The translations under genes and the position numbers were made by a program. Below the pieces are notes generated by a model. That model was not told the origin of the DNA, did not search any database, and saw nothing but the letters and a program-made list of their open reading frames with translations. Shown one piece after another: positions 51,249 through 62,437 of a stretch of DNA of 64,000 bases (positions are counted from its first letter, which is position 1; each line of letters starts with the position of its first letter). Origin of the DNA: an uncultured Actinomycetes bacterium (GTDB taxonomy: Bacteria > Actinomycetota > UBA4738 > HRBIN12); assembly GCA_963821935.1 (NCBI GenBank), contig CAWGFM010000005.1, positions 325,222-389,221 of the forward strand. Reading direction: 5' to 3'.

Positions 51249-51387
51249 CGAAGCGACCAGGGACTCCGCGGCGATACCCCTCCACTTCTCCCTCTGTTTG
51301 TCGGTCGGTCCGTTTCCCGTAGATGAGGGCCGTCACCGGCATGGTCGGGTGACGCCCCTTCGTGCCTTTTCGAGCGCCGATCGCCTG

Positions 51388-51503
51388 CCACATCGACAGC
51401 CGAACCACCGCACCCGGCCCTCGATCGCGGGAAGCGAGCACCGGCGCCTTCTTCAGCGGAGTTCTGAGATGTCAGGGGCCTCAGTTTTGAGAACACCCCG
51501 GAG
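51388..51503. repeat. Proximal copy (B) of the flank repeat, immediately 3' of tRNA-Tyr
   Basis: See copy A. The similarity continues into the tRNA 3' end (51504-51516). Confidence 0.6.
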
Positions 51504-51585
51504 TGGGAGGAGGAGGATTCGAACCTCCGTAGGCTGAGCCGGCGACTTTACAGGCCGCTCCCTTTGGCCACTCGGGCATCCTCCC
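51504..51585 (-). tRNA. tyrT: tRNA-Tyr (GTA anticodon), class II with a long variable arm
   Basis: Manual cloverleaf: GGGAGGA/TCCTCCC acceptor, GCGGC-CTGTAAA-GTCGC anticodon arm, GGCT..AGCC variable arm, GGAGG-TTCGAAT-CCTCC T-arm, discriminator A. CCA is not encoded. Confidence 0.9.
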
Positions 51586-51651
51586 GCAAGTGCCGGACGA
51601 GGATAGCGAACCGACGCGCCACGGCGCACGCGACCCCGCTATCCTGACGAC

Positions 51652-52149
51652 ATGGCCAAGGATCAGTTCTCCTTCGACATCGTCAGCGAGGTCGACCTGC
51701 AGGAGGTTCGCAACGCGGTGGACCAGGCGGGGCGAGAGCTGTCCCAGCGGTTCGACTTCAAGGACACCGGCACCAGCGTGGAGCTCAAGGACGAGAAGGT
51801 CGAGCTGCACTCGTCCACCGAAGACCGCTTGAAGGCGGCGTGGCAGGTGCTGCAGGAGCGTGCGATCAAGCGGAGCATCCCGCTCAAGTCGTTGCAGGCC
51901 GGCGCCATCGAGGACGCCGCCAAGGGCAGCGTGCGGCAGTCGGTCACGATCGTCACCGGCATCAGCGACGAGAAGACCAAGGAGATCTCCAAGTTCGTGC
52001 GCCAGGCCGTCCCCAAGATCCAGACCCAGATCCAGGGCGCGCAGGTTCGGGTGCTGGGCAAGAGCAAGGACGACCTGCAGAAGGCGATCGCCGCGGTCAA
52101 GGGACACGACTTCGGGCTGGCGTTGCAGTTCACGAACTACCGTCCCTGA
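51652..52149 (+). CDS. yajQ: YajQ-family nucleotide-binding protein (UPF0234)
   Basis: 165 aa: MAKDQFSFDIVSEVDLQEVRNAVDQAGRELSQRFDFKDTGTSVEL...LQFTNYRP, full-length family match. Confidence 0.9.
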   Translation: MAKDQFSFDIVSEVDLQEVRNAVDQAGRELSQRFDFKDTGTSVELKDEKVELHSSTEDRLKAAWQVLQERAIKRSIPLKSLQAGAIEDAAKGSVRQSVTIVTGISDEKTKEISKFVRQAVPKIQTQIQGAQVRVLGKSKDDLQKAIAAVKGHDFGLALQFTNYRP

Positions 52150-52241
52150 CCAGCAACGAGAGCGCTGCGCGGCCGCACGCCGTCGCATTGCGGCCCGGTT
52201 GGCCCACGGGTACCCTTGCCGGACCTCAGGAGGTGATACGC

Positions 52242-53624
52242 GTGGACCTCGATCGGTTGAAGACGCGCGCGGCGGAACTCGCCGAGAAGGAAGGCGCCCA
52301 GTGGCGGGCGAAGACCCAAGGCTCCGAGAAGCTGTACCAACGAGCGACGAAGTCGCTGCCCAACGGCGTGGTCTCGAACTTCCAAGCGGGTGATCCGTAT
52401 CCGGTGTACCTAGCCCATGGCAAGGGCTCCAAGGTCTGGGACGTGGACGGGTCCGAGTACACCGACTTCCACGGTGGCTTCGGTGTCAACGTGGTGGGAC
52501 ACGCACACCCCCTCATCGTCGAGGCCATCAAGAAGGCGGCCGAGGACGCGATCCACTTCGCCGTCACCACCGAGAACACGGTGGCGTTGGCCGAAGCCAT
52601 CTGCGAGCGGTTCCAGAGCGAGCAGATGCGTTTCGTCAACTCGGGAACCGAGGCCACCATGGACGCGATCCGCGTCGCGCGAGCCGCGACCGGGCGCGAC
52701 ACGATCATCAAGATGGAAGGCAGCTACCACGGTCACCATGACTCGGTGCTGTTCTCCGTGGTTCCCGAAGCGGACACGCTGGGCATGCGGTTCGACGTGG
52801 ACCAGGACGGCAAGAGCTGGTACACCACGCGGCCCACATCCAAAGGGGTCCCAGAGGCGCTCTGGAACACCACGATCGTCGCGCCGTTCAACGACGCGGC
52901 TGCGGTCGAGGCAGCCTTCACCGACAACCCGGGCACGATCGCCGCGGTGATCCTGGAGCCGGTGATGATGAACATCGGCATCGTGGTGCCCGAGGACGGA
53001 TACCTGCAGGCGCTGAAGGATTCCTGTGAGCGACACGGCGCCGTGTTGATCTTCGACGAGGTGAAGTGCGGCGGCACGATCGCTTACGGCGGAGCGGCGG
53101 AGCGGTACGGCGTCGTGCCGCACCTGGCGGCATGGGCCAAAGCCATCGGCGGCGGTTCCACGATCGGCGCCTTCGGTGGCGACGCGAACATCATGGATCA
53201 CGTCACCAAAGGAGCGGCCCAGCAGGGAACGTTCAACGGCAACCCCCTGTCCTCGGCGATCGGGCTGACGGCCCTGACCAAGGTGCTCACGCGCGACGCC
53301 TACGATCACCTGGGCAAGCTGGGCACCATGTTGGCCGAAGGATGCGACCGAGCCATCGCCGAGGCCGGCATCCCGGCCCACACCGTGGACCTGGGCGCCA
53401 AGGGTTGCGTCTCTTACCGAGCCACGCCTCTCACCAACTATCGGGACTTCTTGGAGACCATCACCGACATCTACTGGGCCTCCTATCCGTTCATGGTGAA
53501 CCGAGGCATCTTCATGACGCCCGGCGATGAAGAGCAATGGACGGTCTCGGTGCAACACACCGAGACCGACGTCCAGACCTACATCGACGCGTTCGGGGAG
53601 TTCTGCCAAGAGCTCGTCTCATAG
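52242..53624 (+). CDS. Class III PLP aminotransferase, glutamate-1-semialdehyde aminomutase-like subfamily
   Basis: GTG 52242 after AGGAGG (the track ORF over-extends into yajQ). Contains VWDVDGSEYTDFHGGFG...FVNSGTEATMDAIRVARAATGRDTIIKMEGSYHGHHD...LIFDEVKCG. Confidence 0.85.
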   Translation: MDLDRLKTRAAELAEKEGAQWRAKTQGSEKLYQRATKSLPNGVVSNFQAGDPYPVYLAHGKGSKVWDVDGSEYTDFHGGFGVNVVGHAHPLIVEAIKKAAEDAIHFAVTTENTVALAEAICERFQSEQMRFVNSGTEATMDAIRVARAATGRDTIIKMEGSYHGHHDSVLFSVVPEADTLGMRFDVDQDGKSWYTTRPTSKGVPEALWNTTIVAPFNDAAAVEAAFTDNPGTIAAVILEPVMMNIGIVVPEDGYLQALKDSCERHGAVLIFDEVKCGGTIAYGGAAERYGVVPHLAAWAKAIGGGSTIGAFGGDANIMDHVTKGAAQQGTFNGNPLSSAIGLTALTKVLTRDAYDHLGKLGTMLAEGCDRAIAEAGIPAHTVDLGAKGCVSYRATPLTNYRDFLETITDIYWASYPFMVNRGIFMTPGDEEQWTVSVQHTETDVQTYIDAFGEFCQELVS

Positions 53625-53671
53625 CGCATCATTGCCCTCACGCAGCCGACGGCGAGAGGGCACACGAACAG

Positions 53672-55042
53672 ATGCATCGGTACACGGACGAGACCGAAGC
53701 GTTGTCGCGTGCCATCGAGGCCTACGCCCGTGATCGGATCGCCAACGCGCAGCCCTTGGACCACTCGGCCGAGGGTGCGGACCTGACGAAGCGAGCCGGC
53801 CGGACGATCGTCGAGGAGGGCCTGGGCGGTCTCGAGGCGCTGCGGATCTGGACGGAGGTCCTGGCCCCGGCCACGATCTCCACGGACCATCCGTCATCGA
53901 TGGCCTTCGTTCCGGCCGCCCCCACCAAGGCCTCGGTGCTCTTCGACCTGGTCGTCGGTGCATCGTCGACGATCGCGGCCGGCTGGATCGACGGAGCCGG
54001 GGCCATCTGGGCCGAGAACCAGGCGCTGCGCTGGGTGGCCGATCTCGCGGGCTACCCACCGGACGCGGGCGGCGCGTTCGTGTCGGGAGGCTCGGCGGGC
54101 AACCTCTCGGCGCTGGTGACGGCGCGCGCCGCCGCCTCCGAGCGCCTGGGTCACCGACCGGAACGAGGATGGAAGATCGCCCTGGCCGAGAGCGCGCATT
54201 CCTCGATCGTGACGGCGGCGCGCGTCATGGATGTCGGCATCGTGCGCATCGACGGTGACGATCGGGGCCGGCTCACCGGGGAGGCGCTGGAGGGCGCGCT
54301 CGACGGCCTCGCGCCGGCCGAGCTGGAAGGTGTGTTCGCGGTGGTGGCCAGCGCGGGCGCCACGAACGCCGGCACGGTCGACGATCTGGCAGGCATCGCG
54401 GACACCTGTGCCGCCCGAAACGTGTGGCTTCACGTCGATGGCGCATACGGTGGGGCCGGCCTGGTGGCTCCCAGCGTCCGCCCGCTGTACGACGGCATCG
54501 AACGCGCCGATTCGTTCATCGTGGATCCGCACAAATGGCTGTTCGCACCCTACGACTGCTGCGCCCTGCTCTACCGCGATCCCGCCCGCGCTCGCAGCGT
54601 GTTCCGCCAGGAGGCGAGCTACCTGGACACCGTGAACCAAGAGGGAGCGGCGTGGAGCGAATGGAACCCGTCGGAGTTCGCCTATCACCTGACCAGGCGG
54701 GCGCGCGGCCTGCCCTTCTGGTTCTCGCTGGCCACCTACGGCACCGCCGCCTACCGGGACGCCGTCGAAACCGTGCTCCGGCTCACCCGCGACACCGCCA
54801 GCGAGATCCATGCACGTGATGGCGTGGAACTGCTGATGGATCCGGACTTGTCCGTGGTGCTGTTCCGCCGAACGGGCTGGAACGCCGACGAGTACGAAAC
54901 CTGGTGGCGCCGCCTCCTGGACGAACAGATCGCGTTCGTGCAGCCCACGTCGTTCCGAGGGGAGAAGGTGGCGCGGCTGTGCTTCGTGAACCCGCGCACC
55001 ACGATGGACGACGTTCGGGCCGTCCTGGACACCATGGCCTGA
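53672..55042 (+). CDS. Group II pyridoxal-dependent decarboxylase
   Basis: ATG 53672 (MHRYTDETEAL...). Contains SGGSAGNLSALVTAR, HVDGAYGG and the PLP-lysine region DSFIVDPHKWLFAPYDC. Confidence 0.85.
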   Translation: MHRYTDETEALSRAIEAYARDRIANAQPLDHSAEGADLTKRAGRTIVEEGLGGLEALRIWTEVLAPATISTDHPSSMAFVPAAPTKASVLFDLVVGASSTIAAGWIDGAGAIWAENQALRWVADLAGYPPDAGGAFVSGGSAGNLSALVTARAAASERLGHRPERGWKIALAESAHSSIVTAARVMDVGIVRIDGDDRGRLTGEALEGALDGLAPAELEGVFAVVASAGATNAGTVDDLAGIADTCAARNVWLHVDGAYGGAGLVAPSVRPLYDGIERADSFIVDPHKWLFAPYDCCALLYRDPARARSVFRQEASYLDTVNQEGAAWSEWNPSEFAYHLTRRARGLPFWFSLATYGTAAYRDAVETVLRLTRDTASEIHARDGVELLMDPDLSVVLFRRTGWNADEYETWWRRLLDEQIAFVQPTSFRGEKVARLCFVNPRTTMDDVRAVLDTMA

Positions 55043-55051
55043 GCGAGGCGG

Positions 55052-55936
55052 CTAGGACGTGGGACCGATCGGTCCGGGTTGCGAGCGCACCTTGAGTGCC
55101 TGGAGCCGGGCCACGCGTTCCTGCGTGGGCGGATGCGTCGCGAACAGCGACAGGACGCCTCGTCCCTTCAGCGCCGCCAGCGGGTTCACGATGAACATGT
55201 GGGCCTCGCCCGGTTGCAGGGAATGCGGCGGCGGCACCTGCCTGCTCGTCTGATCCAGCTTCACCAGTGCGCTCGCCAGGGCATCGGGATCGTCCGAGAG
55301 CAGGGCCCCCGACTCATCGGCCTGGAACTCCCTGGACCTCGATACCGCCATCTGGATGAGACCCGCAGCGAGCGGCGCGAAGATCCACGCCACCAGCAGC
55401 ACGATGGGGCTGCCACCGTCGTCGTCGTCGCCGCCGAACCAGAACGCCATCATCGCGAGGTAGCTGATCGAGGTCCCGATCGCCGCTGCCACGGAGGCCA
55501 CCAGGATGTCGCGATTGGCCACGTGCGAGAGCTCATGGGCCAGGACGCCGCGGAGCTCGCGCTCGTCCAGGATCTCCACGATGCCCTTGGTGACCGCGAC
55601 CTTGGCGTTGGCGGGATTCCGGCCCGTGGCGAAGGCGTTGGGCTGGGCCATGTCGGACACGTAGATGCCGGGCATGGGCATGCCGTGGGCCTGCGTGAGC
55701 TCACGGACGATCGCGTACAGCCGGGGCTGCTCTGCCTCGGTGACCTCACGCGATCGGGTGGAACGCACCGCGATCGAGCCGGACCACCAGTACATCGCGA
55801 GGTTGAACCCCAGGCCCAGCACCAGGGCGATGAACATGCCCGTCTGGCCCCCGATGAGCGCACCCACGACCAGGAACAGCCCCATGAGGGCGGCGATCAG
55901 GATCCACGTCTTGAGTCGATTGATGCCAGGTGTCAC
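55052..55936 (-). CDS. htpX: Zinc metalloprotease HtpX (M48)
   Basis: 294 aa with N-terminal TM helices, the HELSHVANRD zinc motif and the C-terminal ATHPPTQERV. Confidence 0.9.
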   Translation of the reverse strand: MTPGINRLKTWILIAALMGLFLVVGALIGGQTGMFIALVLGLGFNLAMYWWSGSIAVRSTRSREVTEAEQPRLYAIVRELTQAHGMPMPGIYVSDMAQPNAFATGRNPANAKVAVTKGIVEILDERELRGVLAHELSHVANRDILVASVAAAIGTSISYLAMMAFWFGGDDDDGGSPIVLLVAWIFAPLAAGLIQMAVSRSREFQADESGALLSDDPDALASALVKLDQTSRQVPPPHSLQPGEAHMFIVNPLAALKGRGVLSLFATHPPTQERVARLQALKVRSQPGPIGPTS

Positions 55937-56013
55937 GTCACATCACTCCTCGTGGGACCAGCGTCTCACGGGGGTTTCGATACGACGGCGGGCAGGGTTC
56001 GCCGATGGACACG

Positions 56014-57486
56014 CTACGGGTTCAGCCCGACCAAGGTCGCCAGATCCGCGAGGTCGGCGAAGGGGCTCGGCAGGATGAAGATGACCACCAAGGCCACCAT
56101 CGCCACCGCGACGACTGCGGTGACCAGCACGGGCACCCGCAGCGGCGAGCCGTCCTCGGGGTCCTTGAAGATCATCTGCCTGGGCACCGCGAAGTAGTAC
56201 GCGATGCTGATGACCGAGTTGACCAGCATGATGACGGCCAGGATCGGCCCCAGCGAACCCCCCCGGTCGATCGCGGCTCGGAAGATCAGCAGCTTGGCCC
56301 AGAAGCCACCGGTGGGCGGCACGCCGGCCAGCGAGATCATGAACACCGTCATGCCCACCGCCAACAAGGGAGCCGTCTTCGCGAGCCCTGCGAAATCGTT
56401 GAGCTGGAGCGTGGGATGGCGCCGGCTCACCGCCACGGCCACGGCGAACGCACCCAAGTTCATGATGCCGTAGATCAGGATGTAGGCCACGGCCGAGGAG
56501 AACGCGGACTGGTTCGTGACGGGGTTGTCGGTCACCAGCGCGAACGTCAGGAGGATGTATCCCGCCTGTGCGATCCCCGAGTAGGCGAGCAGCCGCACGA
56601 CCTGGGTCTGTTGCAACGCCACCAGGTTGCCGACGAACATCGTGGCTACCGACAGGAAGACGAACAGCGGTACCCAGAACTCGTTCTGGCCGATGAAGGC
56701 CACGAACATGAGCTGGAGCAGCCCCGCGAACCCGGCCGCCGCCGAGGCGACCGCCAGGAACGCCGCCACGGGCACCGGCGCGCCCTCGTACGTGTCCGGC
56801 GCCCAGAACTGGAAGGGCACCGCGCTGACCTTGAACGCGAACCCCACCACCACGAACAGGATGGCCGCCAACGCCAGCTGCTCCTGGTCCCCCGGCACCC
56901 GAGCGAGCTGCGCCGCGATCTCGTTCAGCTGCGTCTCGCCGCCCGTGACCCCGTAGATCAGGCTCATGCCGAACAGCATCACCGCGGTCGACAGCACGCC
57001 GATGATGAAGAACTTCACGCCGGCCTCGTTGGACTTGATGTCACCCTTGCGGAACGCCGCCATCAAGAACCCGGGTGCCGAAACCAGCTCGAGCGCGATG
57101 AACAACAACAGCATGTCGCGCGAGCTGGGCATCATGACGCAACCCAGGAACGAGGTGAGCAACAGGAAGTAGTACTCGCCCTGGTAGAAGCCTCCCTCGC
57201 GGAAGTACCGCAGCGACAGCGCGAGCACCACCACGGCCACCGCCATGAAGAACACCTTGAACAGCAGCGCGAAGTTGTCGACGACGTAGGTGCCATCGAA
57301 CATCACGCGGGTGTCGCCGCCGATGAGGGTGAGCGTGGCTGCCAGCGTGGCGAGCACCCCCATCAGGCCCAACGGCATGGCGAGCCACTTCCTGCGCTCG
57401 GGCAGGAACACGTCCACGATCAGCACCAACAGGATGGTGCCGGACAGGATCAGCTCAGGGAGCAGCGCGTGGTAGTCGATGTCCAT
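56014..57486 (-). CDS. nuoN: NADH-quinone oxidoreductase subunit N
   Basis: 490-aa antiporter-like polytopic protein, last in the nuo gene string. Confidence 0.88.
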   Translation of the reverse strand: MDIDYHALLPELILSGTILLVLIVDVFLPERRKWLAMPLGLMGVLATLAATLTLIGGDTRVMFDGTYVVDNFALLFKVFFMAVAVVVLALSLRYFREGGFYQGEYYFLLLTSFLGCVMMPSSRDMLLLFIALELVSAPGFLMAAFRKGDIKSNEAGVKFFIIGVLSTAVMLFGMSLIYGVTGGETQLNEIAAQLARVPGDQEQLALAAILFVVVGFAFKVSAVPFQFWAPDTYEGAPVPVAAFLAVASAAAGFAGLLQLMFVAFIGQNEFWVPLFVFLSVATMFVGNLVALQQTQVVRLLAYSGIAQAGYILLTFALVTDNPVTNQSAFSSAVAYILIYGIMNLGAFAVAVAVSRRHPTLQLNDFAGLAKTAPLLAVGMTVFMISLAGVPPTGGFWAKLLIFRAAIDRGGSLGPILAVIMLVNSVISIAYYFAVPRQMIFKDPEDGSPLRVPVLVTAVVAVAMVALVVIFILPSPFADLADLATLVGLNP

Positions 57487-57496
57487 GCCTGGTCCA

Positions 57497-59032
57497 TCAA
57501 CCCCCGACCAGCGACAGCAGGCTGCGCACGCCGTTGTCCGTGACGTCGAACACCAGGCTGGGGAACAGGCCCAGCACCAGGATCAGCGCGAGCAAGGGAA
57601 GCCATGCCACCCACTCAACCGCGAGGATGTCGCGAAGCCCGGATTCGTTCCACTTCTCGGGCAGGGTCCCCATGTTCACGCGTTGCAACATCCACAGGAA
57701 GTAGCCGGCCGTGAGCACGGTTCCGATCCCGCCCATGACCATGAACAACCGGAACCACCCCACGTAGTCGGCCAGGAAGATCTCGCTGGGATTGAACGAG
57801 GACAGCAGCGCCATGATCTCGCCCCAGAACCCCGCCAGACCCGGCAGGCCCAGCGACGCGATCGCGACGAACGCGAACACGCCACCCAACTTGGGCATCT
57901 TCGTCATCATGCCGCCGCCGATCTCAGCGATCTGCCGGGTGTGGTAGCGGTCGTAGATCGACCCGACGCAGAAGAACAGCATGCCGGTGATGACACCGTG
58001 CGCGACCATGCCGAAGATCGCCGCCTGGATGCCGATCTCGGTGAGCGTGGCGATGCCCAGCATCACGAACCCCATGTGGCCCACCGACGAGAACGCGATC
58101 AGCCGTTTCAGATCCTTCTGCGCCAGGCAGGCCAGTGATGCGTACACGATGCCGATCGCTGCGAGCGCGCCGATCCAGGGCGCGTACCGCTGGGCCCCGT
58201 ACGGCAGGAACGGCAGCGCGATCCTGATGAACCCGTAGGTGCCCATCTTCAGCATGACGCCGGCCAGCAACACGCTGCCGATCGTTGGTGCCTCGGTATG
58301 TGCGTCGGGAAGCCACGTGTGGAAGGGCCACATGGGGACCTTCACGGCGAACCCCAGCGCCACGGCCCCGAACACGATCAACTGGAACGTGTCCGTGTAG
58401 CCGCCCAGGCCGCCGAACCGTTGCAGCTCGACCATGTCGAAGGTGTGCGGGTCCGGTCCCTGGAAGTACATGGCCAGGAAGCCCAGCAGCATGAATACCG
58501 ATCCGAGCAGCGTGTACAGGAAGAACTTGATGGCGGCGTACTCGCGGTTGGACGAACCCCAGATCCCGATCAGGAAGTACATCGGGACCAGCACCATCTC
58601 CCAGAAGACGAAGAACAGGATCAGGTCGAACGCGATGAAGGTGCCGGCCATGCCGGTCTCGAGCAGCAGCATCAGGGCCAGGAATGCCCGGGTCCGTCCG
58701 GGGTCGGGCACGTAGCGCCAGCTGTAGATCGCGCACAGGAACGACAGCAGGAACGTGAGCACGAACAGCGGCAGCGAGATGCCGTCGATGCCCACGTGGT
58801 ACTGCACGCCGATCACGCCGATCCACTCGACGTCCAGCACGTACTGCAGACCGTCGGCGGCGTAGTCGAACCCGATCGCGATGGCCACGGCCAGCACCAG
58901 GGCGGCCCCGGTGACGACGATGCCCAGCATCCGGACCGCTCGGTCCTTGGCTTTGGGCATCACCGCGATCACCAACGCGCCCAGCAAGGGCAACAGCGTG
59001 GTGATCGTGATGGCCGAGTTCTCCCACGTCAT
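57497..59032 (-). CDS. nuoM: NADH-quinone oxidoreductase subunit M
   Basis: 511 aa, containing WLPDAHTEAPTIGSVLLAGVMLKMGTYG, typical of NuoM. Confidence 0.9.
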   Translation of the reverse strand: MTWENSAITITTLLPLLGALVIAVMPKAKDRAVRMLGIVVTGAALVLAVAIAIGFDYAADGLQYVLDVEWIGVIGVQYHVGIDGISLPLFVLTFLLSFLCAIYSWRYVPDPGRTRAFLALMLLLETGMAGTFIAFDLILFFVFWEMVLVPMYFLIGIWGSSNREYAAIKFFLYTLLGSVFMLLGFLAMYFQGPDPHTFDMVELQRFGGLGGYTDTFQLIVFGAVALGFAVKVPMWPFHTWLPDAHTEAPTIGSVLLAGVMLKMGTYGFIRIALPFLPYGAQRYAPWIGALAAIGIVYASLACLAQKDLKRLIAFSSVGHMGFVMLGIATLTEIGIQAAIFGMVAHGVITGMLFFCVGSIYDRYHTRQIAEIGGGMMTKMPKLGGVFAFVAIASLGLPGLAGFWGEIMALLSSFNPSEIFLADYVGWFRLFMVMGGIGTVLTAGYFLWMLQRVNMGTLPEKWNESGLRDILAVEWVAWLPLLALILVLGLFPSLVFDVTDNGVRSLLSLVGG

Positions 59033-59051
59033 CTCGACTTCACGCTCCCTC

Positions 59052-61051
<2,000 letters not shown>

Positions 61052-61058
<7 letters not shown>

Positions 61059-61354
61059 TTCAGCAGGTTCACCTCATCGACGTTGATCGATTCACGGGTT
61101 CGGAAGAGCAGGATCACGATGGCCAGCCCGATGCCGACCTCGGCGGCCGCGACGGCGATCACGAACAACGCGAACACCTGGCCACCGAGCCGACCCAACG
61201 ACTGACTGAAGGCCACCAGGTTCACGTTGACCGCGTTCAACATGAGCTCGATCGCCATCAAGACCATGATCGCGTTGCGGCGAGCCAGCACGCCGTAGAC
61301 CCCGGCTGAGAACAGCAGGGCGGAGAAGAACAACACCAGCGGCAATCGCACCAT
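61052..61354 (-). CDS. nuoK: NADH-quinone oxidoreductase subunit K
   Basis: Start trimmed to [43 protein letters not shown] (ATG 61354). 100 aa. Start/stop overlap with nuoJ. Confidence 0.9.
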
Positions 61355-61854
61355 CAGACATCGTCCTTGCGCGCAAGGACGATGGCACCGATCAGCGCCG
61401 CCAGCAGCAGGAACGAGATGGCCTCGAACGGCAACACGTAGTCCGTGAAGATCGCGGTGCCGATGTCGCCCGTGTCCCCCTGCAGCGATCCTTCGGCAAC
61501 CGCGTCGGCCACGGGGAACGCATCCTGGATCAAGAACACCAGCCCGGCGAACACGCCGACGCCGACGACGGCGCCCAGCCAACGCTGTTGGTTGTCCAGC
61601 GTGTCGCGCCCGATGGGGGCCTTCGTGAGCATCAGGCCGAACAGGAACAGGATGACGATGGCGCCCACGTAGATCAGGATCTGCACCCAGCCCACGAACT
61701 CCGCTCCCAGCAGGAGATAGACGCCGCCAACCGACAACAGGGTGACGACCAGATAGAGGGCCGCGTGGACCACGTTGCGCGCAGCGACGACGCCGATCGC
61801 GGCGAGCCCACCGATCACCGCCATCACGCAGAACGCGTACTCCTGCGCCGTCAC
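61354..61854 (-). CDS. nuoJ: NADH-quinone oxidoreductase subunit J
   Basis: Start trimmed to GTG 61854 ([23 protein letters not shown]...), just after the nuoI stop. Contains [25 protein letters not shown]. Confidence 0.85.
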   Translation of the reverse strand: MTAQEYAFCVMAVIGGLAAIGVVAARNVVHAALYLVVTLLSVGGVYLLLGAEFVGWVQILIYVGAIVILFLFGLMLTKAPIGRDTLDNQQRWLGAVVGVGVFAGLVFLIQDAFPVADAVAEGSLQGDTGDIGTAIFTDYVLPFEAISFLLLAALIGAIVLARKDDV

Positions 61855-61855
61855 G

Positions 61856-62416
61856 TCAGGCCGCTCCCTCGTCGGCGACGGCTGCCAGGGTCTCCTCGTC
61901 GGGTGCCGGGGTGGCACCGACCTCGAGCTCGGGCGGGGGCAGGACGGTGTAGGTCCATTCCTCGAGGCGATCCTTCTCGTGGATCAGCTCGTCGAGCTCG
62001 TAGGTGGCGTACTCGAACTCGGGGCTCCAGAACAGCGCGTCGAACGGACACACCTCCACGCAGATGCCGCAGTACATGCAGAGGGCGTAGTCGATGGCGA
62101 ACCGGTCCAGGATCTTTGCGGACCGTGCGCGGCCACCGCCCGCCGGGTCGTGCGACTCCTTGTGAGCTTCGATGTAGATGCACCAATCGGGGCACTCGCG
62201 CGAGCACTTGTAGCAGACCGTGCAGTTGCCTTCTTTCAGCGCGATCACCCCGCGTGTTCGGGCCGGGAGATCGGGCTTGACGTGCGGGTACTGTTGGGTC
62301 ACGGCCGGCTTGAGCATGGTGCGCATCGTCACGGTGAGACCCTTCAGCAGGCCCTGGCCGACGCCGGATTCCGGTTGATCCTTCGTTCCGCCGTCTCGCC
62401 CCGCCCCTCTTGCCAC
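61856..62416 (-). CDS. nuoI: NADH-quinone oxidoreductase subunit I (2x[4Fe-4S])
   Basis: 186 aa with two ferredoxin motifs: [12 protein letters not shown] and [12 protein letters not shown]. Confidence 0.92.
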   Translation of the reverse strand: MARGAGRDGGTKDQPESGVGQGLLKGLTVTMRTMLKPAVTQQYPHVKPDLPARTRGVIALKEGNCTVCYKCSRECPDWCIYIEAHKESHDPAGGGRARSAKILDRFAIDYALCMYCGICVEVCPFDALFWSPEFEYATYELDELIHEKDRLEEWTYTVLPPPELEVGATPAPDEETLAAVADEGAA

Positions 62417-62437
62417 GTCCGTCCTCCTCTCCGTGCG

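Noticed and set aside
43500-51600. Calling the tRNA-Tyr segment a mobile element with an integrase
   Set aside because: No tyrosine or serine recombinase, excisionase, transposase or conjugation/phage gene could be recognised in any frame. It is reported only as a repeat-bounded remnant, not annotated as a mobile_element.
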